This document shows, in pieces, positions 53,935 through 63,615 of a DNA stretch of 64,000 nucleotides. The stretch lies in assembly GCA_035615875.1 (NCBI GenBank), contig WWDN01000042.1, forward strand, positions 221 through 64,220. The letters are read 5' to 3'. Each line of letters begins with the position of its first letter. Position 1 is the first letter of the stretch. The stretch is from Thermodiscus sp. (GTDB taxonomy: Archaea; Thermoproteota; Thermoprotei_A; Sulfolobales; Acidilobaceae). The translations under genes were made by a program, and so were the position numbers. Below the pieces are notes generated by a model, which saw only the letters and a program-made list of their open reading frames with translations, searched no databases and was not told the DNA's origin.

Positions 53935-54186
53935 TTATCCTATCTCTTCCTTCACGCTCTTCATGGCCTTAAGCGTCTTCCATAGCGTGGGCTGGATCCA
54001 TAGGATCCAGGCTGGCACGTTTTTAATGAAGTCATAGGCCTCCTCCCATCCATCGAGTCCGAGCCTCTTAGCTAGTTCTTCAAGGGTCATGTTTGTCTTA
54101 ACGTAGCGTTGCAGCACAGCTAGGATTTCCTCGTTTATCTCTATCTCCTTGTCTCCCGCCTTAACTTTGAACACTGCCTCTGGCAT
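53935..54186 (-). CDS. small hypothetical protein (83 aa)
   Basis: Balanced composition (MPEAVFKVKAGDKEIEINEE...LEELAKRLGL). No motif recognised. Confidence 0.5.
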   Translation of the reverse strand: MPEAVFKVKAGDKEIEINEEILAVLQRYVKTNMTLEELAKRLGLDGWEEAYDFIKNVPAWILWIQPTLWKTLKAMKSVKEEIG

Positions 54187-54239
54187 TAGGCTTTCACACC
54201 CCCTTCTCGTCCTGGATTGAAGTCTGGGTTATTAAATCA

Positions 54240-54347
<108 letters not shown>

Positions 54348-54577
54348 ATGCCCAGCCGTGTAGCTCTGATTGGTATTGGATCCTATAAACCTAACTTATC
54401 CTTGAAGCACTCCGATATTATAGAGTATATTGAACTGGTTAAGGTGTACATTTCCAGGTTAAGGTATACGTTTTCAAGTGGGTTTATAGTAGGTTCGTTG
54501 GGTATACCGGCCCTATCCCCTAAAGTAGGTCAATACCGCCACGGTATTACCCTGCCACGCGATTCTGGGGGATCGAC

Positions 54578-54970
54578 ATGGTAAATGCGTCGAAGGGGAT
54601 GGGGGTGATATTAGTAGTCTGCTCGCATTGCGGCGTGATATTCTATAATTACTCTATAGGGGATAAATCGAATAAAGCAAAGTTCAGTGGGGTACCAACC
54701 CCCTCGAAGGCCCTTAGCGGCCACGACGGCCTCGTCTGCCCCGGATGCAACAGGAGAATAGACCTGAAGCCCAAGAGGATCCAGGTGATGCACTGGAGGA
54801 AGTTCGTTGACTTGTACGATATAGTGGAAAAACCATTACCGAGACTGAGGCCTAGGAAGCACGTGGTCGAGGAGCAGATAAGAACGGCCCACGACTTAAG
54901 TAGGGGTATAATCCAGGAGCAGGTAACCGGTTCCGAGGGCGCTGGCTTAGCTAGCGACGTTAATCTCTAA
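54578..54970 (+). CDS. zinc-ribbon protein, function unknown
   Basis: CSHCG...CPGCN pairs. ATG at 54578 is preceded by the SD-like GGGGGAT. An alternative ATG lies at 54599. Confidence 0.5.
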   Translation: MVNASKGMGVILVVCSHCGVIFYNYSIGDKSNKAKFSGVPTPSKALSGHDGLVCPGCNRRIDLKPKRIQVMHWRKFVDLYDIVEKPLPRLRPRKHVVEEQIRTAHDLSRGIIQEQVTGSEGAGLASDVNL

Positions 54971-55737
54971 CCCGCGTAAAGCCCTCGGAGGAAATCCATT
55001 ATTTTATCAAATATTAAGTAGTATAAATCGTAGCTACAACCGTTGCTGTACTCTCTGAGGAGCTCCCGCATCCCTCTCAAGAAAGATACGCCACCATGAA
55101 ACCTAGACAGGAGCCCCGAGACCAGTTTGACTACATTCCCACACCCTCGATGGGCTGAGTCGAGGTCGAGGATCAAGGCCTTTCCCCTCACGCTAGTAAA
55201 GCGTACGTGCCGCCAGGGCCTGTTCAACTCCTCATGTAGAATATAGGCGCAGTCGAGGGCCCGAGCCGCCAGTAGAGCTTCCTCGACAGCATAAACGGGG
55301 TCAACATCAATATACTCCACTAGATGCGGCCCCCTAACATACTCCATTACAATCACATTATCGTCGAAATAGTAGGGCCTAGGAGTTGCCCCGTGAACGC
55401 TTGCTTGAAGGAGCCTCCGACCTTCGAGACGAAGGCTCTCTCGCTTGGAATCGGTCCTCCTTATCTTTACCGCTACAGGACTCCCCCTATACAGGGCTAG
55501 AGCCACTATCGAGGAATGACCCTTCCCTATTACACCAGGATACTGGCCTCGACCAGGCGCATAGCATAGCCTGTCTATTCCAGAGCCGCTTAGGCTTGCC
55601 AGGATCCCAGAGCACCCAGCTCTATCGGGGTAACATAGGTTTGAGAGTGTGGTTGCATCGTTTAGCGGGATAGTGTGTGTGCACTCCTCTATGTTCTCTG
55701 TGATCAAAGCGTCATCCACTCCTTCATAGGATAGCAT
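54967..55737 (-). CDS. RIO/Bud32-like atypical protein kinase
   Basis: VIGKGHSSIVALALYRGSPVAVKIRR (G-loop plus VAVK lysine), MEYVRG hinge, LILDLDSA metal-binding loop. Confidence 0.5.
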   Translation of the reverse strand: MLSYEGVDDALITENIEECTHTIPLNDATTLSNLCYPDRAGCSGILASLSGSGIDRLCYAPGRGQYPGVIGKGHSSIVALALYRGSPVAVKIRRTDSKRESLRLEGRRLLQASVHGATPRPYYFDDNVIVMEYVRGPHLVEYIDVDPVYAVEEALLAARALDCAYILHEELNRPWRHVRFTSVRGKALILDLDSAHRGCGNVVKLVSGLLSRFHGGVSFLRGMRELLREYSNGCSYDLYYLIFDKIMDFLRGLYAG

Positions 55738-57068
55738 AGCTCAGAGTAACTCTCTCCGCCGCAAGTGTCTATGGATGCGATGCATTTACTCGCCTTCAGG
55801 ATGCTAACCCCCCTACTAGCAACCCAGCGTTCAACTAGGTTCCCGGCGTCTGTGAATCTCCTCTTCTTGAGTGCCGAGAGCCGTCCCTGTTCGTTGATCC
55901 AGTAGACTTCGCCTCTTTCCAATCTCTTCCTGACGTACTTTACGATGTCGTCTCGGCTAGCCCATGCGAGGGGACCCTCTACGACACTGTAAGGGGGAAG
56001 CCTTGATTTGACGAGGCCTATACCTATACTTGTCACCGCGTACTCATCCGTATAATACGAGTAGTATAGCACTTGGAAGTCGTTATCGCCGAGCGTGGCG
56101 GCGAGGTCTTTGGCGGCCCTCTTGGCCCTACCCCATATGCTCTCCGGAGGGTCGCTACTGTAATCGCCGCTACATGTTACCGTGACTATGTCTATTGGAG
56201 CCAGCATGCTGGCTTGCTTGGAGAATGGATAGAAGTACTCTCTGCCTGGCCTTTCGAGGTACATTTTGGCCGCGACCACGAATGTGGCAAGCGATTTCAG
56301 ACTAACGGCGGCTGCAGCGTTACGCTCTGGGTCGACGGGGTCGACTACTATCAGTGGGCTCTCCCGATACTTCGATAGTAGGTATCTCCTGTCCCCGATA
56401 CCCTCTGGGTCGATGTATATGGGGGGTCTCCACGAGCTAGCCGCCGAGAGGAGGTTATGGAAGCTTCCATACTTTATTATTAATAGCTCTGATAGGTATC
56501 CGCTGAATCCCTGTGTCCTGACCTCGGCGCCGTAGATTCCAAGCCCTTTTAGGAACGCCTTTAGCAGGCGGACTTCATCTCTCTGGCATTCGTTGAGCCT
56601 AGAGGACACATACAGTGTGTGGAAGGGAGTTCTCTCGACTCCTAATCCCCGCTTCCTCGGCCTCTTGATCTCTATAGCTGGTACAATATCGGCCTCTAGA
56701 CCCATTAATTGGACTGTAACGTAGGGGTGTTGGGCGTATTTAGTCACGAAGGGTAGCTTGTCTCTCAAGCACGATTCGAGGAGGCTCTCGGCTTCACTGT
56801 AGATCCATTCGTCTGTAACGTTCTTGAATAAGACGAAGACGTCGAGCTCCCACTTATCGCTGGTCAGTGTGCCCTTAGCGAAGCTCCCGACGGGCATTAT
56901 GCTTGCCTTGTAACCGTTTTCCTCGATGCACGCCGTCAATATACTATATATAGTTCTGTAAAAATTCCCGAGTATTGCTATTTGTCGTTGGCTGGGTTTT
57001 ACAACGCTTAAAACACTATCCTCAACATCACCTCTACGGCCGCATGTCAACCGAGGCGGACCTCCCAC
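55704..57068 (-). CDS. cca: CCA-adding tRNA nucleotidyltransferase (archaeal class I)
   Basis: PVGSFAKGTLTSDKWELDVFVLF (GS...DxD), RTQGFSGYLSELLIIKYGSF. Confidence 0.85.
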   Translation of the reverse strand: MGGPPRLTCGRRGDVEDSVLSVVKPSQRQIAILGNFYRTIYSILTACIEENGYKASIMPVGSFAKGTLTSDKWELDVFVLFKNVTDEWIYSEAESLLESCLRDKLPFVTKYAQHPYVTVQLMGLEADIVPAIEIKRPRKRGLGVERTPFHTLYVSSRLNECQRDEVRLLKAFLKGLGIYGAEVRTQGFSGYLSELLIIKYGSFHNLLSAASSWRPPIYIDPEGIGDRRYLLSKYRESPLIVVDPVDPERNAAAAVSLKSLATFVVAAKMYLERPGREYFYPFSKQASMLAPIDIVTVTCSGDYSSDPPESIWGRAKRAAKDLAATLGDNDFQVLYYSYYTDEYAVTSIGIGLVKSRLPPYSVVEGPLAWASRDDIVKYVRKRLERGEVYWINEQGRLSALKKRRFTDAGNLVERWVASRGVSILKASKCIASIDTCGGESYSELCYPMKEWMTL

Positions 57069-57622
57069 AGAGTCTCGTATATGGGCCCCGACCGCGTCAG
57101 AGTACTCTTCTTCAACCTAACGTGATATACTGTAGTCTCGCCTATCTCATAGTCCTGATACTCGTTCAACACCCTGACGAGAAGAGGGAGGTTACGGCTC
57201 CCCTTTATCCTAGCCAGCGTTATATGAGGCACGAAACCCGGCCTATCCCGTGGGAACCCTATCCTAGCCATGGCGTCTTCAATCGCCTCCTTAAGCCTTT
57301 TCAACACATCAGCCCCCTTCTCAACGCCGATCCAGACAACTCTAGGCCTGTTTACGCTAGGAAATGCCCCTAGACCCTTCAGGGAGATCTCGAAAGGCTC
57401 TCCCTTCAGGGGTTTAAGCACGCTCTCAATTATCTCGTCAACCCTATCCCTGGATATCTCGCCTATAAAGCGTAGTGTGAGATGGATATTCCCTGTCTCA
57501 ACGAGTTTCATGGGCACACCAGTCGAGGCTATAGTATCTTTAAGTCTCTCAATACGTGACAGCAGTAACGGGTCCTCTATATCAATGGCTATAAAGGTCC
57601 TGATTCTACCCCCATATGCCAA
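57047..57622 (-). CDS. thpR: RNA 2',3'-cyclic phosphodiesterase / 2'-5' RNA ligase (2H family)
   Basis: Two HxT motifs: IHLTLRFIG and PHITLARI. Confidence 0.85.
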   Translation of the reverse strand: MAYGGRIRTFIAIDIEDPLLLSRIERLKDTIASTGVPMKLVETGNIHLTLRFIGEISRDRVDEIIESVLKPLKGEPFEISLKGLGAFPSVNRPRVVWIGVEKGADVLKRLKEAIEDAMARIGFPRDRPGFVPHITLARIKGSRNLPLLVRVLNEYQDYEIGETTVYHVRLKKSTLTRSGPIYETLWEVRLG

Positions 57623-57646
57623 CTCCAGCTACACCAGCCGAGAACA

Positions 57647-58300
57647 TTGTGTTTATCAAGCCTTTATGATTTAAATGAACTCTGTGGAGGGACGAGGAGG
57701 GGATTGACTAGCCTAATAGTAGCAGTCACTGGAATGCCTGGAAGCGGGAAGAGCACTATAGCCAGAAGCATAGCAGAGATCATGAAGGCGCCCCTACTGA
57801 GTATGGGCGACGTGGTCCGGAGGGAAGTCGCTAGGCGGGGAATGGAGGTAACCGTGGAGAACGTCGAGGAGGTGGCAACACTTCTCAGAAAGGAGCTAGG
57901 TAGGGCGGCAGTAGCGGTTCTCCTTGCAAGGGAACTAGGTGGCATAGAGGGTCCCGTTGTCGTCGACGGGCTCCGTAGCCTCGAAGAAGCCAGGATTCTA
58001 TCGCGTCACGGTCGTCTCTGCATAGTAGCGGTCCATGCAAGCCCCCTGACCAGGTACAGGAGGCTCATGGCCAGGCGTAGGACAGACGATATACGGGGGT
58101 GGGAGGACCTAACCCTTAGGGACTCAAAGAACCTCGAATACGGGATCGGTAACGCTATAGCCATGGCCGACTACATGATAGTAAACGAGGGACCCCTCGA
58201 AGAGGCCCTAGAGCACGCCCGTCGTATCGCGAGGATGATAATCGATGAAGAGGGTAAGAATTGTAGTGGAGGCGGAGGCCCGTCCCACGGAGGACGTTGA
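57647..58300 (+). CDS. P-loop nucleotide kinase-like protein (UPF0200 type)
   Basis: IVAVTGMPGSGKSTIA, GDVVRREV. Start uncertain. Confidence 0.6.
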   Translation: MCLSSLYDLNELCGGTRRGLTSLIVAVTGMPGSGKSTIARSIAEIMKAPLLSMGDVVRREVARRGMEVTVENVEEVATLLRKELGRAAVAVLLARELGGIEGPVVVDGLRSLEEARILSRHGRLCIVAVHASPLTRYRRLMARRRTDDIRGWEDLTLRDSKNLEYGIGNAIAMADYMIVNEGPLEEALEHARRIARMIIDEEGKNCSGGGGPSHGGR

Positions 58301-58679
58301 AAAGGTTAAATCCGCTATACTAAACGTAATCGACCCAGATGATATAATCGTCGAGGAAAACCACTATAAACGCGTCCTAGCGATATCTTCGAGGCTGGAA
58401 AGCCTGGAGAGGCTTAGGAGACTGCTCAGAGTCGAGCGGATCCTAGACGCCGCTAGGGGCGCCATGAAGAAGGGCTTAACACGAGACAAGCTAGTATTCA
58501 ATCTACACAAGCAAGCCCTATATGCCGGCAGGCTAAGCTTCGTATCAGACGACTTCGAATCGCCAATGGGGGCAGTACGAGTCATCATAGAACACCCGGA
58601 GCCCAGGAAAGTCCTAGACTGGCTGGCGCCGCCGACGAGCAAAGGCAAACCCTTGTTCGAGCTAGACTCTCCTCCTTAA
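58245..58679 (+). CDS. UPF0201-type small RNA-binding-fold protein
   Basis: VRIVVEAEARPTEDVEKVKSAILNV...HKQALYAGRLSF. Usual partner of the preceding kinase-like gene. Confidence 0.55.
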   Translation: MKRVRIVVEAEARPTEDVEKVKSAILNVIDPDDIIVEENHYKRVLAISSRLESLERLRRLLRVERILDAARGAMKKGLTRDKLVFNLHKQALYAGRLSFVSDDFESPMGAVRVIIEHPEPRKVLDWLAPPTSKGKPLFELDSPP

Positions 58680-59621
58680 CGGGCCCAGGGAGACACGCAT
58701 CATATCCCACGAGAGGACGGTCCTATCGAAGAGCCTCCTAGCCTCTAGATAGAGCCTTCTAGCATCTCCCCCGCGATAACGCGGGCTCACGTGGAAGAGC
58801 ACAAGGTGACGAACCCCGGCTTCCAAGGCTACAAGGGCGGCGTGTTCAGCAGTCGAGTGTCCTCGTGCTATAGCCTCGTCTTCCATATCCGAGCCATAGG
58901 TGGAATCATGCAATAGGAGGACCGCATTGCTCGACAGCTCGATTACAGATTGGCAGGGCGCTGTGTCGCCGGTGTATACGATTGAAGCCTCGAAATAGTG
59001 GCTAGAGATATCTTCTAGCTTGACCCTTCTCCCGTTAACACTAGCTGACCCCCTCTCGACTAGTTCTTTAATCCAGGGACCCGGCTTCAAGCCCATAGCA
59101 TGTAATAGTGACTTGTCTATGCGGGGCCGGGTCCTCCATTCGATCCGATAAGCTAGGGAATCACTGGTATGGCACGATGGAGTCCATTTGAGCTCTAGAA
59201 CATCGCCTCCGCTCCTGTATAAGGGCATCGATCCAGTTCCTGAAAGCGTTACATAGTTGATCTCGAAGCCAAGTCTGGTGCTAGTCGCTTCGAGTAGGTC
59301 CCTGGCGAACTCGACAACTGTGGAAGGCCCGATTATAGATAACGGCTTCCTCCTCCTGGAAACGGCCATCGATTGTAGGAGCCCGGCTAACCCGTTGATG
59401 TGATCTCCATGCTCGTGCGTCACTATTATAGCGTCTAGATCGTGAACGCTCCTCGGAGTCCTGTGGAGTCGGAGTTGAGCGCCCTCACCAGCATCAAGTA
59501 GCAGGGTGTATCCGTTCCAGTCATAGACGAGTACGCTGGGGGTCAGCCTCTCTCGCGTCGGCATCACACCCCCACTACCCAGCATCACCAGGCTTATCAG
59601 ACCGGTCATACCTCGTTTCAC
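58662..59621 (-). CDS. rnz: ribonuclease Z (tRNA 3' endonuclease, metallo-beta-lactamase)
   Basis: LLLDAGEGAQ, IVTHEHGDHINGL (HxHxDH), HSTAEHAA. The start may be the ATG at 59609. Confidence 0.8.
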   Translation of the reverse strand: MKRGMTGLISLVMLGSGGVMPTRERLTPSVLVYDWNGYTLLLDAGEGAQLRLHRTPRSVHDLDAIIVTHEHGDHINGLAGLLQSMAVSRRRKPLSIIGPSTVVEFARDLLEATSTRLGFEINYVTLSGTGSMPLYRSGGDVLELKWTPSCHTSDSLAYRIEWRTRPRIDKSLLHAMGLKPGPWIKELVERGSASVNGRRVKLEDISSHYFEASIVYTGDTAPCQSVIELSSNAVLLLHDSTYGSDMEDEAIARGHSTAEHAALVALEAGVRHLVLFHVSPRYRGGDARRLYLEARRLFDRTVLSWDMMRVSLGPLRRRV

Positions 59622-60640
59622 TTCCTGGCGACAACGACCTCTCTTATGAGAGTCGAGTGAACGTACATGTGGAACCTATCGATAACCGAGAAGCCGATCT
59701 CCCCGGCGATCCTCCAGGGTTCCTCCCTATAGGGACCTGCATACACTATGTAGCCCCCGGCTCTCAATACGCGGTATGACTCCCTTAGGAATCCTCTAAC
59801 CAATTCGCTATAGGTCTTCCTAGCTGTAGTTGTTGATCGCCCGTAAGGGGGATCGGTGGCAATTGCATCGACACTCTCATCTCTCAGGGGTATGCTCCCC
59901 GAGTTTTGCCTTAGAACGGTTACCCTCTCATAGAGGTTGAAGTGCTTCATGTTGACTACGGAACCCCTGACCATCTCAGGGGCGATATCGCCGCATACAC
60001 ACTGGGAGGCGTCTAGAAGGCAGGCCTCAATGATGAACCCGCCTGTACCGCAGAAGGGATCTAGGAAGATATCGCCTGGCTTCAAACGTGAGAGGTTAAC
60101 CATCACCCGGGATAGCTGTGGGCTTAGAGGTCCCGGTTTGAAGAACGGCCTCTTACCGGGCTTCCGGGAATTGAAGGAACGTGTGTCCTGTCTACCTAAT
60201 ATGCTTCCAATTATCGCGATGCCCTCAGTTATGAACACTCTAAGGTCTCTAGAGGCCCCCGCGTCTAGTAGTGTTCTATAAGCGTTCTTCACGGCTCTCT
60301 CGTCCACGTGGCAGGAATACCCTCTAAACTTCTTAACATATATACTTTTAAATCTTATCCCGGACCCGTGTAGCCAGCGTGCAAACCCCATCAGCTCTGA
60401 GACCTCAGCCTCGACGACCCCGTATACTCTGCCAACTTCCTTAACCCAGCCAGCCCACGAGGTCAACGGAGTCGGATCCTTCGTAGAGTGGAAGACCGCT
60501 ACACCCTCACTAGAAAACGTGATGTATCCGTCAAGCCTAGCCTCTAATAGCGCCTGCAACTCTGCCAGGGGCATCCTAGGATGCTCGCCGCTGAGCAACG
60601 CATAGTATTCTCCTAGAGTAGAGGATTTCACCGGCATCAA
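59618..60640 (-). CDS. tRNA (guanine10-N2)-dimethyltransferase (THUMP + Trm11/Trm-G10 methyltransferase)
   Basis: DPFCGTGGFIIEA (SAM motif I), IATDPPYG (motif IV), N-terminal THUMP-like region. Confidence 0.8.
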   Translation of the reverse strand: MMPVKSSTLGEYYALLSGEHPRMPLAELQALLEARLDGYITFSSEGVAVFHSTKDPTPLTSWAGWVKEVGRVYGVVEAEVSELMGFARWLHGSGIRFKSIYVKKFRGYSCHVDERAVKNAYRTLLDAGASRDLRVFITEGIAIIGSILGRQDTRSFNSRKPGKRPFFKPGPLSPQLSRVMVNLSRLKPGDIFLDPFCGTGGFIIEACLLDASQCVCGDIAPEMVRGSVVNMKHFNLYERVTVLRQNSGSIPLRDESVDAIATDPPYGRSTTTARKTYSELVRGFLRESYRVLRAGGYIVYAGPYREEPWRIAGEIGFSVIDRFHMYVHSTLIREVVVARK

Positions 60641-61528
60641 CTACACCGGGAGGCTCTCAGCTATTAGAGGCCCGATATCGACATACTCTATAATCTCGTG
60701 TCTTTTAGCTGGAAGCGTGTTCGCGGCATATATCTTCGTTATCCCAGCCCTAGACAACTTCTCCAGAGCCCCACCCACCATGAGCGCATGGGCCACAAGG
60801 GCATAGATCCTCTCGGCTCCCTGGTTCAGAAGCATAGAGGCCGCCTTCGCCAGGGTCCCTCCAGTGCTTATGATGTCATCGACGAGAACCACTGTCTTAC
60901 CCCGAGCAGGGATCTCCTTGGGCTCAACCACTATCTCCCCCGTGATACGATCCCTGTGCTTCACCAGGTAGTCGTACTCCGCATCCAACGCACTGGCCAA
61001 GCGCCTGGCTCTATCGAGAGCTCCAACATCAGGGGCGAGAACCAGGATATCGCCCCCGACATTGATCCTCCCGGCCATATACTCGTATGGAGAAAGGTTG
61101 TAGGCCTCGCCATCGAACGCCTTCAGCGACTCCTCCTTGTGGACCTCGACGGTCAGGAGCCAATCATAGCCAGCACACCTAAGACTCTTCAATACAACCT
61201 CAACGCTCACAGGCTCGCCTTCTAGAAACCTCCTATCCTGCCTGGAATAAGCCAGGTACGGCGCTATCAACCTGACCCTCTCAGCCCCCATACCGATAGC
61301 CGCATCAGCTAGTAGTAGCGCCTGGACCAGGGAATCGTTCTGGGGAGGACTCATAGTCTGAACCACAAACACGTCCTCTCCCCGGATATCGCCTCTAACA
61401 CGCACATAATGCTCCCCGTCGGGAAACCTCTTCCAGTCTAGATCAACTATTCTAATGCCAGCGGCGTCCGCAATGCTCTGGGCCAACTCTGCACTGGCAG
61501 GGCTAGGCCCCGCTATAACTACAGCCAT
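60641..61528 (-). CDS. prs: ribose-phosphate pyrophosphokinase
   Basis: FPDGEHYVRV, YLAYSRQDR, VLVDDIISTGGTL. ATG at 61528 (MAVVIAG) preferred over the track start. Confidence 0.85.
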   Translation of the reverse strand: MAVVIAGPSPASAELAQSIADAAGIRIVDLDWKRFPDGEHYVRVRGDIRGEDVFVVQTMSPPQNDSLVQALLLADAAIGMGAERVRLIAPYLAYSRQDRRFLEGEPVSVEVVLKSLRCAGYDWLLTVEVHKEESLKAFDGEAYNLSPYEYMAGRINVGGDILVLAPDVGALDRARRLASALDAEYDYLVKHRDRITGEIVVEPKEIPARGKTVVLVDDIISTGGTLAKAASMLLNQGAERIYALVAHALMVGGALEKLSRAGITKIYAANTLPAKRHEIIEYVDIGPLIAESLPV

Positions 61529-61645
61529 AGACCCCGCACCTGTTCCAAATGTATGGGATGCTAAGGAAATTAACTGTAGGCGTCCATGTAAGCCTAGAGG
61601 AGGGAGGTTAACCGAGTAGTGCCAAGAGAAGAGCAAGGAAACACG

Positions 61646-62539
61646 ATGATTCCAGTAGCGATGCTCGGCTTGAGCACAGCCGAGGCAGTACCCCTATACC
61701 ACTACAGTCCAGGCGGGGTTATGCTCAGGATAGCCCTGGCTAGTTATCCTAGCACTCTGTTCGAATGCGAAGGATTCCCGATATGTGTTTTCGGCGACGG
61801 AAGCCGGTTGGCGCCGATACCCGTTGATGCTAGTTTGATCCTGTATAAGGCGCGCCAGTGGAGGGTAGACGCCGTATTCCTCGACGGACTAGAACCGTTG
61901 AACTCGCTCGGAGAGGACGAGTTGTCGGATTTAATTGAAACCTTTAAGAGACATGGGTTCCGAGTGGGAGCCCGCACGCTAGGTCTATCGAGCCCTAGTA
62001 TAGTGAAGAGACTGGACTTTGCGGTAATAGACTACATGAAAGACTACACGGTCAACCCAGCGGTGCCAGGTGAAGCCGTAAGGCTAATCTACGATTTACA
62101 AGAGGTTGAGGGGCCCTGGATAGAGGTATCGGCTTATATAAAAGAGCCCAGTTTCTGGAGGCTGCATCCACTCGTGCTGGCACTAGGCGACTCCGAGAGG
62201 CCGATACATGTGTTTGTCGAAGACCACAAGGGCGGGGGTCCCTTGAGGGACTTGTACGAGGAACTCCAGAGGAGAATGCCATACGTCTACGTACACAACG
62301 ACCTATACCCAAGGCTAGACACATACTGCCCCAGATGCAAGGCTCCAATAGCCTCACGAGATGAGGGCTTGTTAAGGGCCCTTGAGGTCCTCGACGATGG
62401 AAGATGCTGGAAGTGCGGTTACAAGCTCGCCTTTAGAGGCCGTATAAGGAAGAAGACCCCCGAGCAACTACTACTATCCACGGAGGGCGGGGTGAAATGG
62501 TTCCATCCAAGCCAGTTGGTAGGAGGATTAGCGCGTTAG
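61646..62539 (+). CDS. radical-SAM-like paralog lacking the CX3CX2C cluster motif
   Basis: Collinear similarity to the next gene: PLYHYSPGGVMLRI vs PLYHFYPGSRVLSI, KRHGFRVGARTLG vs KKHGLFNTMVTNG, YCPRCKAPI...CWKCGYKL vs YCPKCGYRV...CPRCGYKL. However, GCNFFCKFCQNW is replaced by SYPSTLFECEGF. Confidence 0.5.
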   Translation: MIPVAMLGLSTAEAVPLYHYSPGGVMLRIALASYPSTLFECEGFPICVFGDGSRLAPIPVDASLILYKARQWRVDAVFLDGLEPLNSLGEDELSDLIETFKRHGFRVGARTLGLSSPSIVKRLDFAVIDYMKDYTVNPAVPGEAVRLIYDLQEVEGPWIEVSAYIKEPSFWRLHPLVLALGDSERPIHVFVEDHKGGGPLRDLYEELQRRMPYVYVHNDLYPRLDTYCPRCKAPIASRDEGLLRALEVLDDGRCWKCGYKLAFRGRIRKKTPEQLLLSTEGGVKWFHPSQLVGGLAR

Positions 62540-62562
62540 CCGGGCCCAACGTGAGACCGGCA

Positions 62563-63615
62563 ATGCTATGGGAACCAGTACCCGACAGGCCTGGATGGGT
62601 CAAGTGCAATCTTTGCGAGAAGAGGTGCATCATAGCCCCAGGCCGTTACGGGGCCTGTGGCGTGAGGAAGAACATAGACGGTAAGCTCTACACGCTGGTC
62701 TACGGTTTGCTGACCGCTATGAATGTGGATCCCATAGAGAAGAAGCCCCTCTACCACTTCTACCCGGGGAGCAGGGTGCTCAGCATATCCACGGTTGGAT
62801 GCAACTTCTTCTGCAAATTCTGCCAGAACTGGGTTATCAGCCAGAGCAGGCTAGAGAGGGGCCTGTATGGAGTCTACAGGACTCCTGAGGAGGTAGTCGA
62901 TGCGGCCTTAGAGTATGGCGCCGATGGCATCTCCTATACCTACAACGAGCCCACTATCTTCTTCGAGTTCATGTATGATACCTCGAAGCTAGCTAAGAAG
63001 CACGGCCTGTTTAACACGATGGTTACCAACGGCTATGCCACGCCTGAAGCGATAGACGAGATAGGGGGATTAATGGATGCGGCTACAGTCGACTTCAAGG
63101 GCGGGGGCAACAGGGAGTTCTACAGGAAGTTTATAGGCGTCCTAGACCCAGAGAAGATCTTCAACACCATACTTGCAATGAAGGACAAGGGATGGTTCAT
63201 AGAGATAACGAACCTCGTTGTACCTAGGGTCGGGGATAGAGAGGAGGACGTACGTAGGCTATCGAAATGGATAGTAGAGAACCTTGGCCCGGAGACGCCA
63301 TTCCACCTCTTGAGGTTCCACCCTGACTACAAGATGAGAGACTATCCGCCAACCCCCTTGGAGACGTTGGAGAAGCTAGCTAGGATAGCCATGGATGAGG
63401 GCTTAGCCCACGTCTACATAGGAAACGTGGCCCCCCATCCCCTAGAACACACGTACTGCCCGAAATGCGGCTATCGAGTCATAGAGAGGATAGGCTTCAC
63501 CATAGTCTCCTGGAGGCTGGAGAAGGGAAACACCTGTCCCCGCTGCGGCTACAAGCTCAATATCAAGGGGGAATACCGTGGCGGCAGGGGTATGAGTTTC
63601 CTATCGCTCATCTAG
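62563..63615 (+). CDS. AmmeMemoRadiSam-type radical SAM enzyme (PflA-like activase fold)
   Basis: VKCNLCEKRCII..GACGVRKN N-terminal Cys motif, radical SAM GCNFFCKFCQNW, C-terminal zinc ribbon. ATG at 62563. Confidence 0.8.
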   Translation: MLWEPVPDRPGWVKCNLCEKRCIIAPGRYGACGVRKNIDGKLYTLVYGLLTAMNVDPIEKKPLYHFYPGSRVLSISTVGCNFFCKFCQNWVISQSRLERGLYGVYRTPEEVVDAALEYGADGISYTYNEPTIFFEFMYDTSKLAKKHGLFNTMVTNGYATPEAIDEIGGLMDAATVDFKGGGNREFYRKFIGVLDPEKIFNTILAMKDKGWFIEITNLVVPRVGDREEDVRRLSKWIVENLGPETPFHLLRFHPDYKMRDYPPTPLETLEKLARIAMDEGLAHVYIGNVAPHPLEHTYCPKCGYRVIERIGFTIVSWRLEKGNTCPRCGYKLNIKGEYRGGRGMSFLSLI

